Positions 1-10,061 are shown, numbered from the stretch's first letter. The stretch: 32,000 nt of DNA from Neisseria zalophi (GCF_008807015.1 NZ_CP031700.1:1729014-1761013), one strand, 5' to 3'. The notes: generated by a model not told the origin, from the sequence alone. Numbers and translations: made by a program.

Positions 1-413
1 TCTTTATTAAACTCGGCCGCCAACAGTTTTTCAGCCAACGCCATACCCACCGCATTCGCCACCCCCTGCCCCAACGGGCCGGTAGTGGTTTCCACACCAT
101 CGGTATAACCATATTCGGGATGGCCGGGGGTTTTGCTGTGCAATTGGCGGAAGTTTTTTAAATCGTCAATCGAAACGTTATAGCCCGTCAGATGCAACAG
201 GCTGTATAAAATCATTGAAGCGTGCCCGTTTGATAAAACAAAACGGTCACGGTTATAGAATTTGGGATTGGCAGGATTGTGGTTTAAAAATTCGTGCCAC
301 AACACTTCGGCCATATCAGCCATGCCCATCGGCGCACCCGGGTGGCCGGAATTGGCTTTTTGGACTGCATCGGCAGAAAGAAAACGGATAGCATTTGCCA
401 GTTGAGAAGCCAT
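1..413 (-). CDS. tkt: Transketolase, N-terminal part (the gene runs off the left edge of the window)
   Basis: Reverse translation from the ATG at 413-411 gives [39 protein letters not shown]...LSNGHASM...HPE, the canonical transketolase N-terminal TPP-binding region. The frame stays open to position 1. Confidence 0.9.
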   Translation of the reverse strand, partial: MASQLANAIRFLSADAVQKANSGHPGAPMGMADMAEVLWHEFLNHNPANPKFYNRDRFVLSNGHASMILYSLLHLTGYNVSIDDLKNFRQLHSKTPGHPEYGYTDGVETTTGPLGQGVANAVGMALAEKLLAAEFNK

Positions 414-597
414 GAGAATACCTTTGTTTCTTTTAGAATGGGAACGGATTGAATTATCACCTGATTCGACCGTTGTTTCAAGGCAGCTTCACTTTTGTTA
501 GGGTTTTACCAAGGCCGTCTGAAAACATTTGATTGTTTGAAATCGATCCTTTACATCTATTTATCCGACGACTAACCATTCAATGAAGATAAGCAAT

Positions 598-624
598 AAA
601 AAACCCACTATATAGCGGGTTTTA
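598..624 (-). terminator. Rho-independent terminator for the FMN reductase gene
   Basis: AAAACCC/GGGTTTT stem. On the minus strand it is followed by a T-run (TTTTTTATT), 19 nt past the stop at 643. Confidence 0.55.
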
Positions 625-642
625 CTGCTTATCAATTTCTGT

Positions 643-1206
643 TTATGCGTTTTTTTCTACCAATTCAACAAAACGTGTCACATAGTCTTGTAAAAACTGG
701 CGGGTTTTTTCTACATTCAGATTACCTTCATCATCAAAATAAGTCGGTGAGTTGCCCAAGAAGATTTCAGGCTGGCCAACCGTTTTCATATCGAAATAAG
801 ATAAAGCAAGCCGTAAATTCTTTTGGCTGCTGTATCCGCCCATTTTACCGACGGAATGACTGACAATGCCATTCGGTTTATTTTTCCAAGCCACATCACT
901 ATTAGGTTTCGATCCGATATCCACCGCATTTTTTAAGCAGGCGGGAATGCTGCGGTTATTTTCAGGAGTCACAAAGAAGATACCATCCGATGCTTTTATG
1001 GTTTCTCTAAACTCCGTATATTCCGGAGGCAGTGCAACATCCGTTACTTCCGGATCATCATAATCGAAGTTGTATAAAGGCAGGTGACGGATTTCAACAA
1101 TCTTGACATCATAATCTTTTGGAAACATGGGGATAATATTGTTGGCAATTTTTCTAGCAAAAGAACCTTTGCGCAGACTACCGACCAATATACTTATTTT
1201 TTTCAT
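643..1206 (-). CDS. NADPH-dependent FMN reductase family oxidoreductase (ChrR/YieF-like)
   Basis: 187-aa ORF. It has the flavodoxin-like N-terminus MKKISILVGSLRKGSF and the TPENNRSIPACLKNAVD motif typical of the NADPH-dependent FMN reductase family. Confidence 0.85.
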   Translation of the reverse strand: MKKISILVGSLRKGSFARKIANNIIPMFPKDYDVKIVEIRHLPLYNFDYDDPEVTDVALPPEYTEFRETIKASDGIFFVTPENNRSIPACLKNAVDIGSKPNSDVAWKNKPNGIVSHSVGKMGGYSSQKNLRLALSYFDMKTVGQPEIFLGNSPTYFDDEGNLNVEKTRQFLQDYVTRFVELVEKNA

Positions 1207-1564
1207 TTTAATAATCCATTTCTTGAAATAAAAATTAGAGTGTGTCGAAAGTCAGCATTAATCAGCTTTGTTTATCCTAGAAGAAATATTACTGACTATC
1301 ATGGATTATTCTATTGCAAAAGATAATTATTATCAATATTGATTGATAAACACAAAGAATATAACCACGCAATAATCATATTAAGAAGTGATTAAGGGTG
1401 GTCAATCTTCGAATAAAATGCCTAAAATTTTATTCATATAATAATTATAAAAACCCTCACCGCCTGAAAAGTATTCCGCCATTCAAACTGTTTATAACAT
1501 AGCTGAACACAGCCACATAGATTACAATAGTTTCCCTTATCTTTCAGACGGCCTGTATCACGTT

Positions 1565-2293
1565 ATGCAGCTTACCCACCCTCCTCTTACAGAAAAAGTG
1601 CTTAAAACTTTACAGTCTATCGGCATTCACTCGCAGGCTGATTTGCAAAAGTACAGCGCCGTAACAGCATTTTTGTTGCTCAAAGCGGCCGGGCTAACCA
1701 TTACCCGCAGCACTTTATGGCAATTGGTTGCCCTACAGCACAATATCCGTTTGCAAGATTTAAAGCCGTCTGAAAAAACCGCTTTATTAGAAAGGGTTCG
1801 CCAGCATCCGCCGGTCGCTATTTTCCCTCCTGTTCAGGAAATGGAATATTTTATGAAACTGGCCTTACAACAAGCTCAAGAATCCGCCCGAATCGGCGAA
1901 ATACCGGTGGGCGCGGTTGTGGTGAAAAACGGGCAGCCGATTGCCGCCGCTCATAACAGTTGCATAAGCGGCTGCGATATCAGCCGCCATGCCGAAATTT
2001 CAGCCCTAGCCCAAGCCGGCCATAAGCTGCAAAACTACCGTCTGGATGGTTGCGATGTGTATGTGACCCTCGAGCCTTGCACTATGTGCGCGAGCGCATT
2101 GATTCAAGCACGCGTCCGCCGTGTGATTTATGGTGCCAAAGAGCCGAAAACCGGTGCTGCCGGCAGCATTATCAATCTATTTGCCGACCGCCGTCTGAAT
2201 AGCCATACAGCCATAAAAGGCGGCATTTTGGCAGATGAGTCTCAAGATATATTACAAAACTTTTTTAATGGTAAACGTGCGACATCAACTTAA
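1565..2293 (+). CDS. tadA: tRNA adenosine(34) deaminase TadA with an N-terminal TfoX-C-like helix-hairpin-helix extension of about 90 aa
   Basis: The C-terminal 150 aa carry the CDA zinc motifs HAEI and PCTMC plus EMEYFMKLALQQA. The N-terminal LKTLQSIGIHSQADLQKYSAVTAFLLLKAAG...LWQLVAL resembles the TfoX/Sxy C-terminal domain. Confidence 0.85.
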   Translation: MQLTHPPLTEKVLKTLQSIGIHSQADLQKYSAVTAFLLLKAAGLTITRSTLWQLVALQHNIRLQDLKPSEKTALLERVRQHPPVAIFPPVQEMEYFMKLALQQAQESARIGEIPVGAVVVKNGQPIAAAHNSCISGCDISRHAEISALAQAGHKLQNYRLDGCDVYVTLEPCTMCASALIQARVRRVIYGAKEPKTGAAGSIINLFADRRLNSHTAIKGGILADESQDILQNFFNGKRATST

Positions 2294-2330
2294 ACATAAC
2301 CATATTTGATGGCTTAATGATTTTGTTATA

Positions 2331-2366
2331 AAAAAACCGAACCACTAAACAACGGTTCGGTTTTTT
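2331..2366. terminator. Bidirectional rho-independent terminator between convergent tadA and rnr
   Basis: A6-CCGAACC-loop-GGTTCGG-T6. The A-run and T-run would serve both strands. Confidence 0.75.
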
Positions 2367-2396
2367 GATTGGTTTATTTTCACCAATAATCAAACA

Positions 2397-4760
2397 TCAA
2401 TGTTTTTTCTTGCCCCTGCGTTTAGATTTGGCAGCCGACGGTTTACCGCCATGCTTGGCATCACTGCTTTTACCTTTGGCTTTCGCTTTAACCGTTGCAT
2501 GACTACGGCTATTATTGCCTTTAGCCGATTTAGCGGCCTTATCACTCGGTTTTTTACCGCGCTTATTGGATTTTTCACCACCGCTGATTAATGTTAAATC
2601 AATCTTGCTGGTATCCAAATCGGCACGGGCTACTTTCACCACTACCCGATCACCCATACCAAAGCGTACGCCGCTGCGTTCACCTTCTATGGCCATAATC
2701 TCAGGGCGGAAATTGAAATAATCTTCCCCTAAGTCGCTGATATGTACCATGCCTTCGATATGAATATCGTCAAGGGTAACGAAAATACCGAAATTGGCCA
2801 TACCCGAAATACGCCCGCCGAATACTTCGCCGACCTTATCGCGCATATAATAGGTTTTCAGCCAATTTTCCACATCGCGGCTGGCATCATCGGCACGGCG
2901 CTCGCAGAAGGATGTATGCACGCCCAAAGCCTGCCAAGATTTCGGCGTATATTTTTTCTGCTTTAACACTGCCTTAATCGCGCGGTGTACCGTTAAATCA
3001 GGGTAACGTCGGATGGGTGAAGTAAAGTGTGTGTAAGCCTCATAAGCCAAGCCGAAATGGCCTTTATTATCCGGCTCGTAAACTGCCTGCTGCATCGAGC
3101 GCAACATCATTACCTGCAACAGCTCGGAATCAGGGCGGCTGCTGAATTGCTCGGCCAGTTTGGCATAATCTTTAGGCGCAGGATTATCACCGCCACCCAA
3201 GTGTAAACCCAACAAACCTAGCTGTTCGCGCAAAGTAGCCAGTTTTTCAGGTGTCGGGCCTAAGTGATTGCGGAATAAAGCCGAATGTTTGTTTTTCAAT
3301 AAAAACTCAGCGGCACACACATTCGCAGCCAACATACACTCTTCAATCAGCTTATGCGCATCATTGCGGACAACCGGTACAATGCGTTCGATTTTGCCGT
3401 TATCATCAAACATCATCTGCGTTTCAAGGCTTTCAAACTCGACCGCACCACGCTGATGGCGTTTTTTCTGCAAGATTTTAAACAGTTTATATAAAGTTTC
3501 GATGGGCTGTTTATGCGGATAATCGCCTCCTTTTTCCAACCATTCCCACACTTGCGTATAGGTTAACCGCGCTTTAGAACGCATCACAGCCGGATAGAAT
3601 TTATATTCTTTAATATTGCCCGCATAAGTTACCACCATATCGCACACCATACATAAGCGTTCGACATCGGGATTTAACGAGCAAATACCGTTGGACAAAC
3701 GTTCCGGCAGCATCGGAATCACTCTGCGCGGAAAATAAACGCTGGTCGCCCGCTCTTGCGCATCTTTATCAATGGCATCATCCGGGCGGACATAATGGCT
3801 GACATCGGCAATCGCCACCACCAAACGGAAATTACGGCCGATTTTTTCGGCATACACCGCATCGTCGAAATCGCGGGCGGTTTCACCGTCTATCGTCACC
3901 AGCGGCAAATCACGCAAATCGACACGGTCTTCATCCCAATCTTTAGCCTGAACATGGTCGGGAATATTCTCAGCCGCCTGCATACAGGCCTCGCTGAAAA
4001 TATACGGCAATTGGTGTTTGCGTACCGCAATTTCGATTTCCATACCGCTATCGGCATAATCGCCCAATACTTCAATCAACTTGGCCACTGCGGGACGGTG
4101 TGCGTCGGGATAGCTGACAATTTCAGCCACCACAACCTGACCGGATTGCGGATTCATTTCGGTTAAACTGGCCGGCTCTAAAATGATACTTTGCGTTAAG
4201 CGTTGGTCTTCGGGATCCAATATCGCCACACCGCGCTCGATATAATATCGGCCGACCACCTGTTTTTGCGCGCGCTCGACAATATCCAGCACCTGCCCTT
4301 CACGCCGCCCTCTGCGGTCAATCCCGCCGGGGCGCACGGTAACGATATCACCATGCATCAAACCGCGCATCTGTCGTTCGTATAAAACAAAATCACCCTC
4401 ACCGGTAGGAGTGAGGGGAACGGCGAAACCAAAACCATCTTTATGGGCTTCGATACGGCATTTCACCAATGCCAATTTATCTGCCACACATACCGCACCA
4501 CGGCGGTTAATCAAAACTTGGCCGTCTCTGGCCATTGCCTTAATGCGGCGTTCGAAAAATTCATATTCCGCATCGGTAATCGAGAGTTTTTGTGCCAATG
4601 CGGCAATTTTTAACGGTACACCTTCTTGCTCTAAAATATCAATGACCCACTCTCTGCTGGGTAGTGGGTTTTCGTAGCGCTGGCGCTCTCTTTCCAGAAA
4701 AGGATCTTTCTCTCTTAAATTGAGAAACTTAGTATTTTTATTCATCTCTATGATTGACAA
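2397..4760 (-). CDS. rnr: Ribonuclease R (RNB-family 3'-5' exoribonuclease) with a lysine-rich C-terminal tail
   Basis: 787-aa ORF. It has the RNB catalytic region (TIDGETARDFDDAV, SPIRRYPDL), a C-terminal S1 domain (GMANFGIFV) and a K/A/S-rich tail. Confidence 0.95.
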   Translation of the reverse strand: MSIIEMNKNTKFLNLREKDPFLERERQRYENPLPSREWVIDILEQEGVPLKIAALAQKLSITDAEYEFFERRIKAMARDGQVLINRRGAVCVADKLALVKCRIEAHKDGFGFAVPLTPTGEGDFVLYERQMRGLMHGDIVTVRPGGIDRRGRREGQVLDIVERAQKQVVGRYYIERGVAILDPEDQRLTQSIILEPASLTEMNPQSGQVVVAEIVSYPDAHRPAVAKLIEVLGDYADSGMEIEIAVRKHQLPYIFSEACMQAAENIPDHVQAKDWDEDRVDLRDLPLVTIDGETARDFDDAVYAEKIGRNFRLVVAIADVSHYVRPDDAIDKDAQERATSVYFPRRVIPMLPERLSNGICSLNPDVERLCMVCDMVVTYAGNIKEYKFYPAVMRSKARLTYTQVWEWLEKGGDYPHKQPIETLYKLFKILQKKRHQRGAVEFESLETQMMFDDNGKIERIVPVVRNDAHKLIEECMLAANVCAAEFLLKNKHSALFRNHLGPTPEKLATLREQLGLLGLHLGGGDNPAPKDYAKLAEQFSSRPDSELLQVMMLRSMQQAVYEPDNKGHFGLAYEAYTHFTSPIRRYPDLTVHRAIKAVLKQKKYTPKSWQALGVHTSFCERRADDASRDVENWLKTYYMRDKVGEVFGGRISGMANFGIFVTLDDIHIEGMVHISDLGEDYFNFRPEIMAIEGERSGVRFGMGDRVVVKVARADLDTSKIDLTLISGGEKSNKRGKKPSDKAAKSAKGNNSRSHATVKAKAKGKSSDAKHGGKPSAAKSKRRGKKKH

Positions 4761-4833
4761 TCTTTCATTTAAATATATAATTCACGTCTCTTTTGAAGTT
4801 GATACTTTAGCGTAAAGCATTGATTAAAGCAAA

Positions 4834-4920
4834 GCCCAGGTGGCGGAATTGGTAGACGCGCCAGCTTCAGGTGCTGGTATCCTCACGGGTGTGGAAGTTC
4901 GAGTCTTCTCCTGGGCACCA
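4834..4920 (+). tRNA. tRNA-Leu (anticodon CAG), long variable arm, encoded CCA
   Basis: Acceptor stem GCCCAGG/CCTGGGC, anticodon stem CCAGC/GCTGG with loop TTCAGGT, T-arm GGAAG-TTCGAGT-CTTCT, 3' ACCA. Confidence 0.95.
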
Positions 4921-4985
4921 TTAATCAAATCGCATTGATTTTACCTGTTTTTATTATTCTTTCAACATCATTCTCAAATGGCATT

Positions 4986-5072
4986 GCCCAGGTGGCGGAA
5001 TTGGTAGACGCGCCAGCTTCAGGTGCTGGTATCCTCACGGGTGTGGAAGTTCGAGTCTTCTCCTGGGCACCA
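4986..5072 (+). tRNA. tRNA-Leu (anticodon CAG), second identical copy
   Basis: 87-nt sequence identical to 4834-4920, separated from it by a 65-bp spacer. Confidence 0.95.
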
Positions 5073-5160
5073 GCAGATATTTCCGGTTTGATACCGGATT
5101 TTTTATTGCCTGAAATTACCTTATTTATGCATTACCTACTATAAAATCCATTACAATCAA

Positions 5161-5190
5161 GAGGCCGTCTGAAAACTTTCAGACGGCCTC
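5161..5190 (+). terminator. Inverted DUS pair hairpin downstream of the tRNA-Leu pair
   Basis: GAGGCCGTCTGAAA-AC-TTTCAGACGGCCTC, a perfect 14-bp stem. Confidence 0.7.
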
Positions 5191-5230
5191 TAATCCATTA
5201 AAGCCCTTAATAGATAAAAAGGAGAACACC

Positions 5231-5854
5231 GTGAAAGTCTATACTGCCGCCGAAATGCGCCGTTATGAACAAGATGCCGTTGAAGCCGGCACCAGTTTCG
5301 AACAACTCATGGAAAACGCAGGGCAACGGGCAGCCGCCGAGCTACTCACCCGCCGCCCGAAAGCCGGGCGGGCATTGATTGTTTGCGGCAAAGGCAATAA
5401 CGGCGGCGACGGCTTGGTTATCGCACGGGTTCTGCAAAAAAATCATTGGCAAGTGGATATTGTTTTTGTATTGGGTGAAAAGCTTTCCGAGCTGGCCGAA
5501 CTAAACCGCAGCCGCCTAGCAGGCTTACCGAATATCCGTTTTCTCAGCCCCGATATATTGGCTGAAACACTCGATAATAAGGATTACGACATCATAATAG
5601 AAGGCATTTTCGGTACCGGCTTTTCCGGCGCCCTACCCGACCAAGTAGCATCCGCCTGCCGTTTACTCAATCATTCAGACAGCCTGAAAATAGCTTTGGA
5701 CATCCCCACAGGCTTGAACGGTGACACCGGCGAGGCAGACAAAGACGCATTTCGCGCCGATATCACCTACACCTTTGCCGCTTATAAACCTGCCCACCAA
5801 AGCGAAGCAGGCAAAGCCTTGTGTGGCGAAATCGTATGCATCGATATTTTATAA
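5231..5854 (+). CDS. nnrE: NAD(P)H-hydrate epimerase (stand-alone YjeF N-terminal domain)
   Basis: 207-aa ORF with a GTG start preceded by AAAAGGAGAA. It carries the GKGNNGGDGLV motif of YjeF_N. No carbohydrate-kinase (dehydratase) domain follows. Confidence 0.8.
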   Translation: MKVYTAAEMRRYEQDAVEAGTSFEQLMENAGQRAAAELLTRRPKAGRALIVCGKGNNGGDGLVIARVLQKNHWQVDIVFVLGEKLSELAELNRSRLAGLPNIRFLSPDILAETLDNKDYDIIIEGIFGTGFSGALPDQVASACRLLNHSDSLKIALDIPTGLNGDTGEADKDAFRADITYTFAAYKPAHQSEAGKALCGEIVCIDIL

Positions 5855-5955
5855 AAACCGGAAGCATATTTATATCAAAACAAAAAATAATTTAATTTAT
5901 GCCATTGTTTTTAATAACCAAGTCATATCTTTTATTATTTTAACTTTCATACAGC

Positions 5956-5987
5956 CAGGCCGTCTGAAAACAATTTCAGACGGCCTG
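5956..5987 (+). terminator. Inverted DUS pair hairpin downstream of nnrE
   Basis: CAGGCCGTCTGAAA-ACAA-TTTCAGACGGCCTG. Confidence 0.65.
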
Positions 5988-6094
5988 ACTTCACACCCTT
6001 TCGGCTACGATAAAAATCATATTTGCTAAGGCGCTGGAATAGTTGAAGTTATTTGCTATAATTGCGGCTTTCATAAACCATCGCCCAACCCGCC

Positions 6095-7465
6095 ATGCCG
6101 TTCAAACCGTTGCTGCTCGCCTGCCTACTCTGCCTATCTGCCGCACCTTGGGCAGCCACTTCCGACAATACGGCCGAAACCGCCGGTGATTTGCGCGAAA
6201 TCAGACAGGCCATTAGCGCAGCCCAAACCGAATTAAAACAAAAACAAGCCGCGCAAAAAAATGCACGCGCCACCCTTGAGCGCACCCGTGCCGCATTAGC
6301 CAAAGCACAAAAAGAACTGGCCGATATCAACCGCCGCCAGCGCAATACTTGGCAAAAACTGCAAAAACTGCAAAATGAATTAAACCATCTCAAAACCGAA
6401 GTAACCGGAACCAAAGCACAAGTTGCCCGCCTTTTAGCCGGACAATACCGCAACCAACAACCCAATGCCGTCGCTCTCTTCCTTAAAAATGCCGAGCCAG
6501 GCCAAAAAGCCCGTTATCTGCAATACAGCCGCTATATAAATACTGCCAACGAGCAAGTCATCAATGATTTAATCCGACAAGAAAACGAACTGCAGCAACA
6601 AGAAAAAGCCATTGATGCCGAACTGGCACGCCTCAAAAAAATCAAAGCCCAAAAACAAGCAGCATTGGCCAAACTCGGCCGCAGCCGTTCTGCTGCCCAA
6701 AAAGAAAGCAACAGGCTTTCCGCACAAATCAACAGCCAAACCAAACGCATCAGTAATCTTCGCGCCGACGAACAGCGTTTAAACAAACTCTTAGCCGATA
6801 TTGCCAAACGCCGTGCCGAACAACGCAAACAAGAAGCGGCATCACGGAAAAAAGCCGCAGAAGCGCGCTTGGCCGCAGCCGAAAAAGCGCGCCAATCATC
6901 CGCCTCAAAACCTGCACAAAAAAATACGCGGGCACAAAATCAAACCGCCCCTAAAAATCGTTCCAATACCGCCAAGAAAAATACGCCGAAAAGCAATCCG
7001 ACACCTAGCACACCCCGTTCCACACTCACAGCGGAAGACCGTGCTTTACAACCCACTGCGACAGCTAATACCGATCAAGGCGGTTTCAGCCGTATGCAGG
7101 GGCGTTTGCGCCGTCCGGTTGGCGGCAGTATCACAGGACGATTCGGTCAATCCCGCCCCAACGGCGGTACATGGAAAGGCGTATTTTTTGCCACATCAGG
7201 TGCCGCCGTTCACAGCATAGCGGCCGGAACCGTAGCCTATGCAGGCTTTCTCGATGGCTACGGGAATACCGTCGTACTTGATCATGGCGATGATTATGTC
7301 AGCGTTTATTCCGGTTTAAACAGCCTTTCCGTCGGCAGTGGCAGCCATATCGGCTCAGGGCAGACCATCGGTTCCAGCGGCAGCCTGCCTTCAGGAGAAA
7401 AGGGACTCTATTTAGAAATACGCTATCGCCGCCAGCCAATGAACCCTTTATCATGGATACGTTAA
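6095..7465 (+). CDS. envC: Murein hydrolase activator EnvC (coiled coil plus degenerate LytM/M23 domain)
   Basis: Signal peptide MPFKPLLLACLLCLSAAPWA, a long Q/K/A-rich coiled coil and a C-terminal LytM fold (GVFFATSGAAVHSIAAGTVAYAG...GNTVVLDHGDDYVSVY...LYLEIRYRRQPMNP). The HxxxD and HxH metal ligands are absent, as in non-catalytic EnvC. Confidence 0.85.
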   Translation: MPFKPLLLACLLCLSAAPWAATSDNTAETAGDLREIRQAISAAQTELKQKQAAQKNARATLERTRAALAKAQKELADINRRQRNTWQKLQKLQNELNHLKTEVTGTKAQVARLLAGQYRNQQPNAVALFLKNAEPGQKARYLQYSRYINTANEQVINDLIRQENELQQQEKAIDAELARLKKIKAQKQAALAKLGRSRSAAQKESNRLSAQINSQTKRISNLRADEQRLNKLLADIAKRRAEQRKQEAASRKKAAEARLAAAEKARQSSASKPAQKNTRAQNQTAPKNRSNTAKKNTPKSNPTPSTPRSTLTAEDRALQPTATANTDQGGFSRMQGRLRRPVGGSITGRFGQSRPNGGTWKGVFFATSGAAVHSIAAGTVAYAGFLDGYGNTVVLDHGDDYVSVYSGLNSLSVGSGSHIGSGQTIGSSGSLPSGEKGLYLEIRYRRQPMNPLSWIR

Positions 7466-7685
7466 ACCATATCGTTTGAAATATTGGCATTTGCCACAAT
7501 TTAACGGCAAGCATAATCCTTTACAAAAAATTATTTTTTGCCATAAACCGTTGTAAAACATACTCTGATTAGCATTTTTTTACGCCTTCGATATTGCCCG
7601 AAACCAATAAATCACATAAAGTTTCGCTATTATTTAATAAGTACGTCCGAATACCCGACGACACAGCAGAAAGAGAAAACACAAG

Positions 7686-9143
7686 ATGTCTAAAGCCACT
7701 TTAAAAAAAGTTACCCTCTATACACTTGGTGCCATCAGTGGTATCGCACTAAGCCTCAGCGTACAAAGCTACGCCGCAAGTGAAAAGAAAGATGAAGCAT
7801 TGCCCGTACAATCCATCCGGACCATGGCGGAAGTATACGGACAAATTAAAGCCAATTATTACCAAGATAAAAAAGATGAAGATCTCATTGAAGGCGCTAT
7901 GAAAGGCATGGTTGCCGGCTTGGATCCCCATTCCGAATTTATGACTAAAAAAGATTATGCCGACTTGAAAGAATCAACCAGTGGCGAATTCGGTGGCTTG
8001 GGTATGGAAGTCGGCGCTGAAGACGGCTTTGTAAAAGTAATTGCGCCGATTGAAGACACTCCTGCGGAGCGCGCGGGTGTGAAAAGTGGTGACTTTATCG
8101 TTAAAATCAACGGTGTTTCTACCCGCGGCATGACCGTTAACGAAGCCGTAAAAAAAATGCGCGGCAAACCCGGCACCGATATCGTGCTGACACTTTCCAG
8201 AAAAGATGCCAGCAGCCCGATAACCGTTAAAATCACCCGCGCCATTATTAAAGTACAAAGCGTCCGCAACTACCTGCTTGAGCCCGATTATGGTTATATC
8301 CGTATCAGCCAATTTCAGGAGCGCACGATTCCTGCCCTGAACGAAGCAGCCAAAGCATTGGTAAAACAAAACAAAGGAGCGGCTCTGAAAGGTTTGGTAC
8401 TTGACTTACGCGACGACCCCGGTGGTCTGCTCAACGGCGCAGTCGGCGTTTCAGCAGCATTCCTACCGCCCGATGTAACCGTTGTCAGCACCAAAGGCCG
8501 TGACGGCAAAGACAATATGAATCTGAAAGCCACACCTGAAGATTATATGTTCTCATCATCAGGCAAAGACCCGCTTGCCGGTTTGCCCCCGGAATTTAAA
8601 ACCATCCCGTTATCGGTATTGATTAATTCAGGTTCGGCTTCTGCTTCCGAAATCGTTGCCGGTGCATTACAAGACCACCGCCGTGCCGTGATTGTCGGCA
8701 CCCAAAGCTTTGGTAAAGGCTCGGTACAAACCGTTTTGCCATTATCCGGTGGTAGCGCGGTCAAACTGACCACAGCTCTGTATTACACACCCAAAGACCG
8801 CTCGATTCAGGCACAAGGTATTGTTCCGGATGTGGAAGTAAAAGACAAAGACCGCTTATTTGAAAGCCGTGAAGCAGATTTGATCGGTCATATCGGCAAT
8901 CCGCTCGGGGGGGAAGAGGTAAACAGTAAAGACTATGTTTCCATAGAAAATAACCGCGCGGCCGAACAGACACCGAAAAAAGAGAAAAAGCCCGAAGATT
9001 TATCTTCACGCCGCATTCCAAACCCTGAGAAAGACGAACAGTTGAAAAAAGCTTTAGATTTGGTGAAATCACCAAGCCAATGGCAAAAATCACTCGGTTT
9101 GGCAGCAAAAAAACCGGCTCCGAAAAAAGATAGTGATAGCTAA
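7686..9143 (+). CDS. ctpA: Carboxy-terminal processing protease (S41 family, PDZ-containing)
   Basis: 485-aa ORF with a signal peptide, a PDZ region (GGLGMEV...PAERAGVKSGDFIVKINGV) and the S41 catalytic region (LINSGSASASEIVAGALQD...GTQSFGKGSVQ). Confidence 0.9.
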   Translation: MSKATLKKVTLYTLGAISGIALSLSVQSYAASEKKDEALPVQSIRTMAEVYGQIKANYYQDKKDEDLIEGAMKGMVAGLDPHSEFMTKKDYADLKESTSGEFGGLGMEVGAEDGFVKVIAPIEDTPAERAGVKSGDFIVKINGVSTRGMTVNEAVKKMRGKPGTDIVLTLSRKDASSPITVKITRAIIKVQSVRNYLLEPDYGYIRISQFQERTIPALNEAAKALVKQNKGAALKGLVLDLRDDPGGLLNGAVGVSAAFLPPDVTVVSTKGRDGKDNMNLKATPEDYMFSSSGKDPLAGLPPEFKTIPLSVLINSGSASASEIVAGALQDHRRAVIVGTQSFGKGSVQTVLPLSGGSAVKLTTALYYTPKDRSIQAQGIVPDVEVKDKDRLFESREADLIGHIGNPLGGEEVNSKDYVSIENNRAAEQTPKKEKKPEDLSSRRIPNPEKDEQLKKALDLVKSPSQWQKSLGLAAKKPAPKKDSDS

Positions 9144-9234
9144 TCAACCATTATCTTAATCGGTAGTGAAAAGCAAACAGGCCGTCTGAATATTTGATCT
9201 GACCCCCAAATCTTGGACAAACATAAAAGCCTTT

Positions 9235-10061
9235 TCAGGCTGCCTTTTCGAGCTGGGTTCTGTATGCCACAGGACTCAGCTTTTTCAATTTCAAACTACA
9301 TCTGTCATGATTGTAGTATCGTATATAGTCATCTATTGTCTGCATCAGCTCTGTTGTCGAAACTTTGCCTTCCTGATAAAAGCATTCCGTCTTCAGTATC
9401 GCAAAGAAGCTTTCCATCGGTGCATTGTCCCAACAATTGCCTTTACGCGACATACTTTTCACTATGCCGTGTTCTGCCAACGTGCGGCGGTAGGCTTCCG
9501 TACGGTACAGCACACCTTGATCGGAATGCAGCAGCACTTTATCTGCCTTTGTCAGTTTGCAGACCGCATCATTCAGCATTCTTTCCACCATCTCGCTGTT
9601 CGGGCGGCGGCTCATCGCATAAGCGACGATTTCGCGGTTAAATACATCCAATATCGGTGACAGATACAGTTTGCCATTGCTGCACTTGAATTCGGTGGCA
9701 TCCGTCAGCCATTTCTCATTGGGCTTTTGCGCCTCAAAGCGGCGGTTCAGAATATTATCCGACGGTTCGCCCATTGCCGGATGGCGGTAGGCTTTTTTCG
9801 GACGCACTTTGGCTTTCAATTGCAACAGTTTCATCAAACGGATAACCTTTTTCTTATTCCATGACAAAGTGGCGGCAATCCGCCTGTATCCGTAACGCCC
9901 TTGATGGCGGGCATAAACTTCGGCAACGGCGGCTTTGTCCTGTTCGTCCGGGTCGGGACGGCCGTGGTGGTAATAAAAGCTGCTTTTGGGCAGTGCAGCA
10001 CTGTGCAGCAGGTATTTAAGCGGATGTTTTGCCCTCAGTGCTTGGACGGCTTCGCTTTTTT
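9235..10061 (-). CDS. IS3-family transposase OrfB (DDE integrase core), expressed as an OrfAB fusion by -1 frameshifting
   Basis: The -1 frame is open from the slippery site without an ATG. DDE triad: WLTDATEF, HSDQGVLY and, with 35 residues between, PMESFF (DD35E). Confidence 0.8.

Noticed and set aside
2400-4677. Multiple 60-136-aa plus-strand ORFs antisense to rnr, and similar antisense ORFs in envC (6049-6935), ctp (7749-9147), xseA (16381-17424), glyA (27164-28362), the IS orfB (9213-9660) and the phage genes
   Set aside because: All lie wholly inside much longer, well-supported genes on the opposite strand. They have no RBS or family signature and are typical shadow ORFs.
4935-5144. 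69-aa plus-strand ORF in the track
   Set aside because: It is read straight through the second tRNA-Leu gene (4986-5072) and its spacer. It has no RBS and is an artefact of translating a tRNA.
5721-6029. 102-aa plus-strand ORF overlapping the nnrE 3' end and crossing the DUS terminator
   Set aside because: It is an alternative frame of nnrE that continues through an AT-rich spacer and the DUS hairpin. There is no start context.
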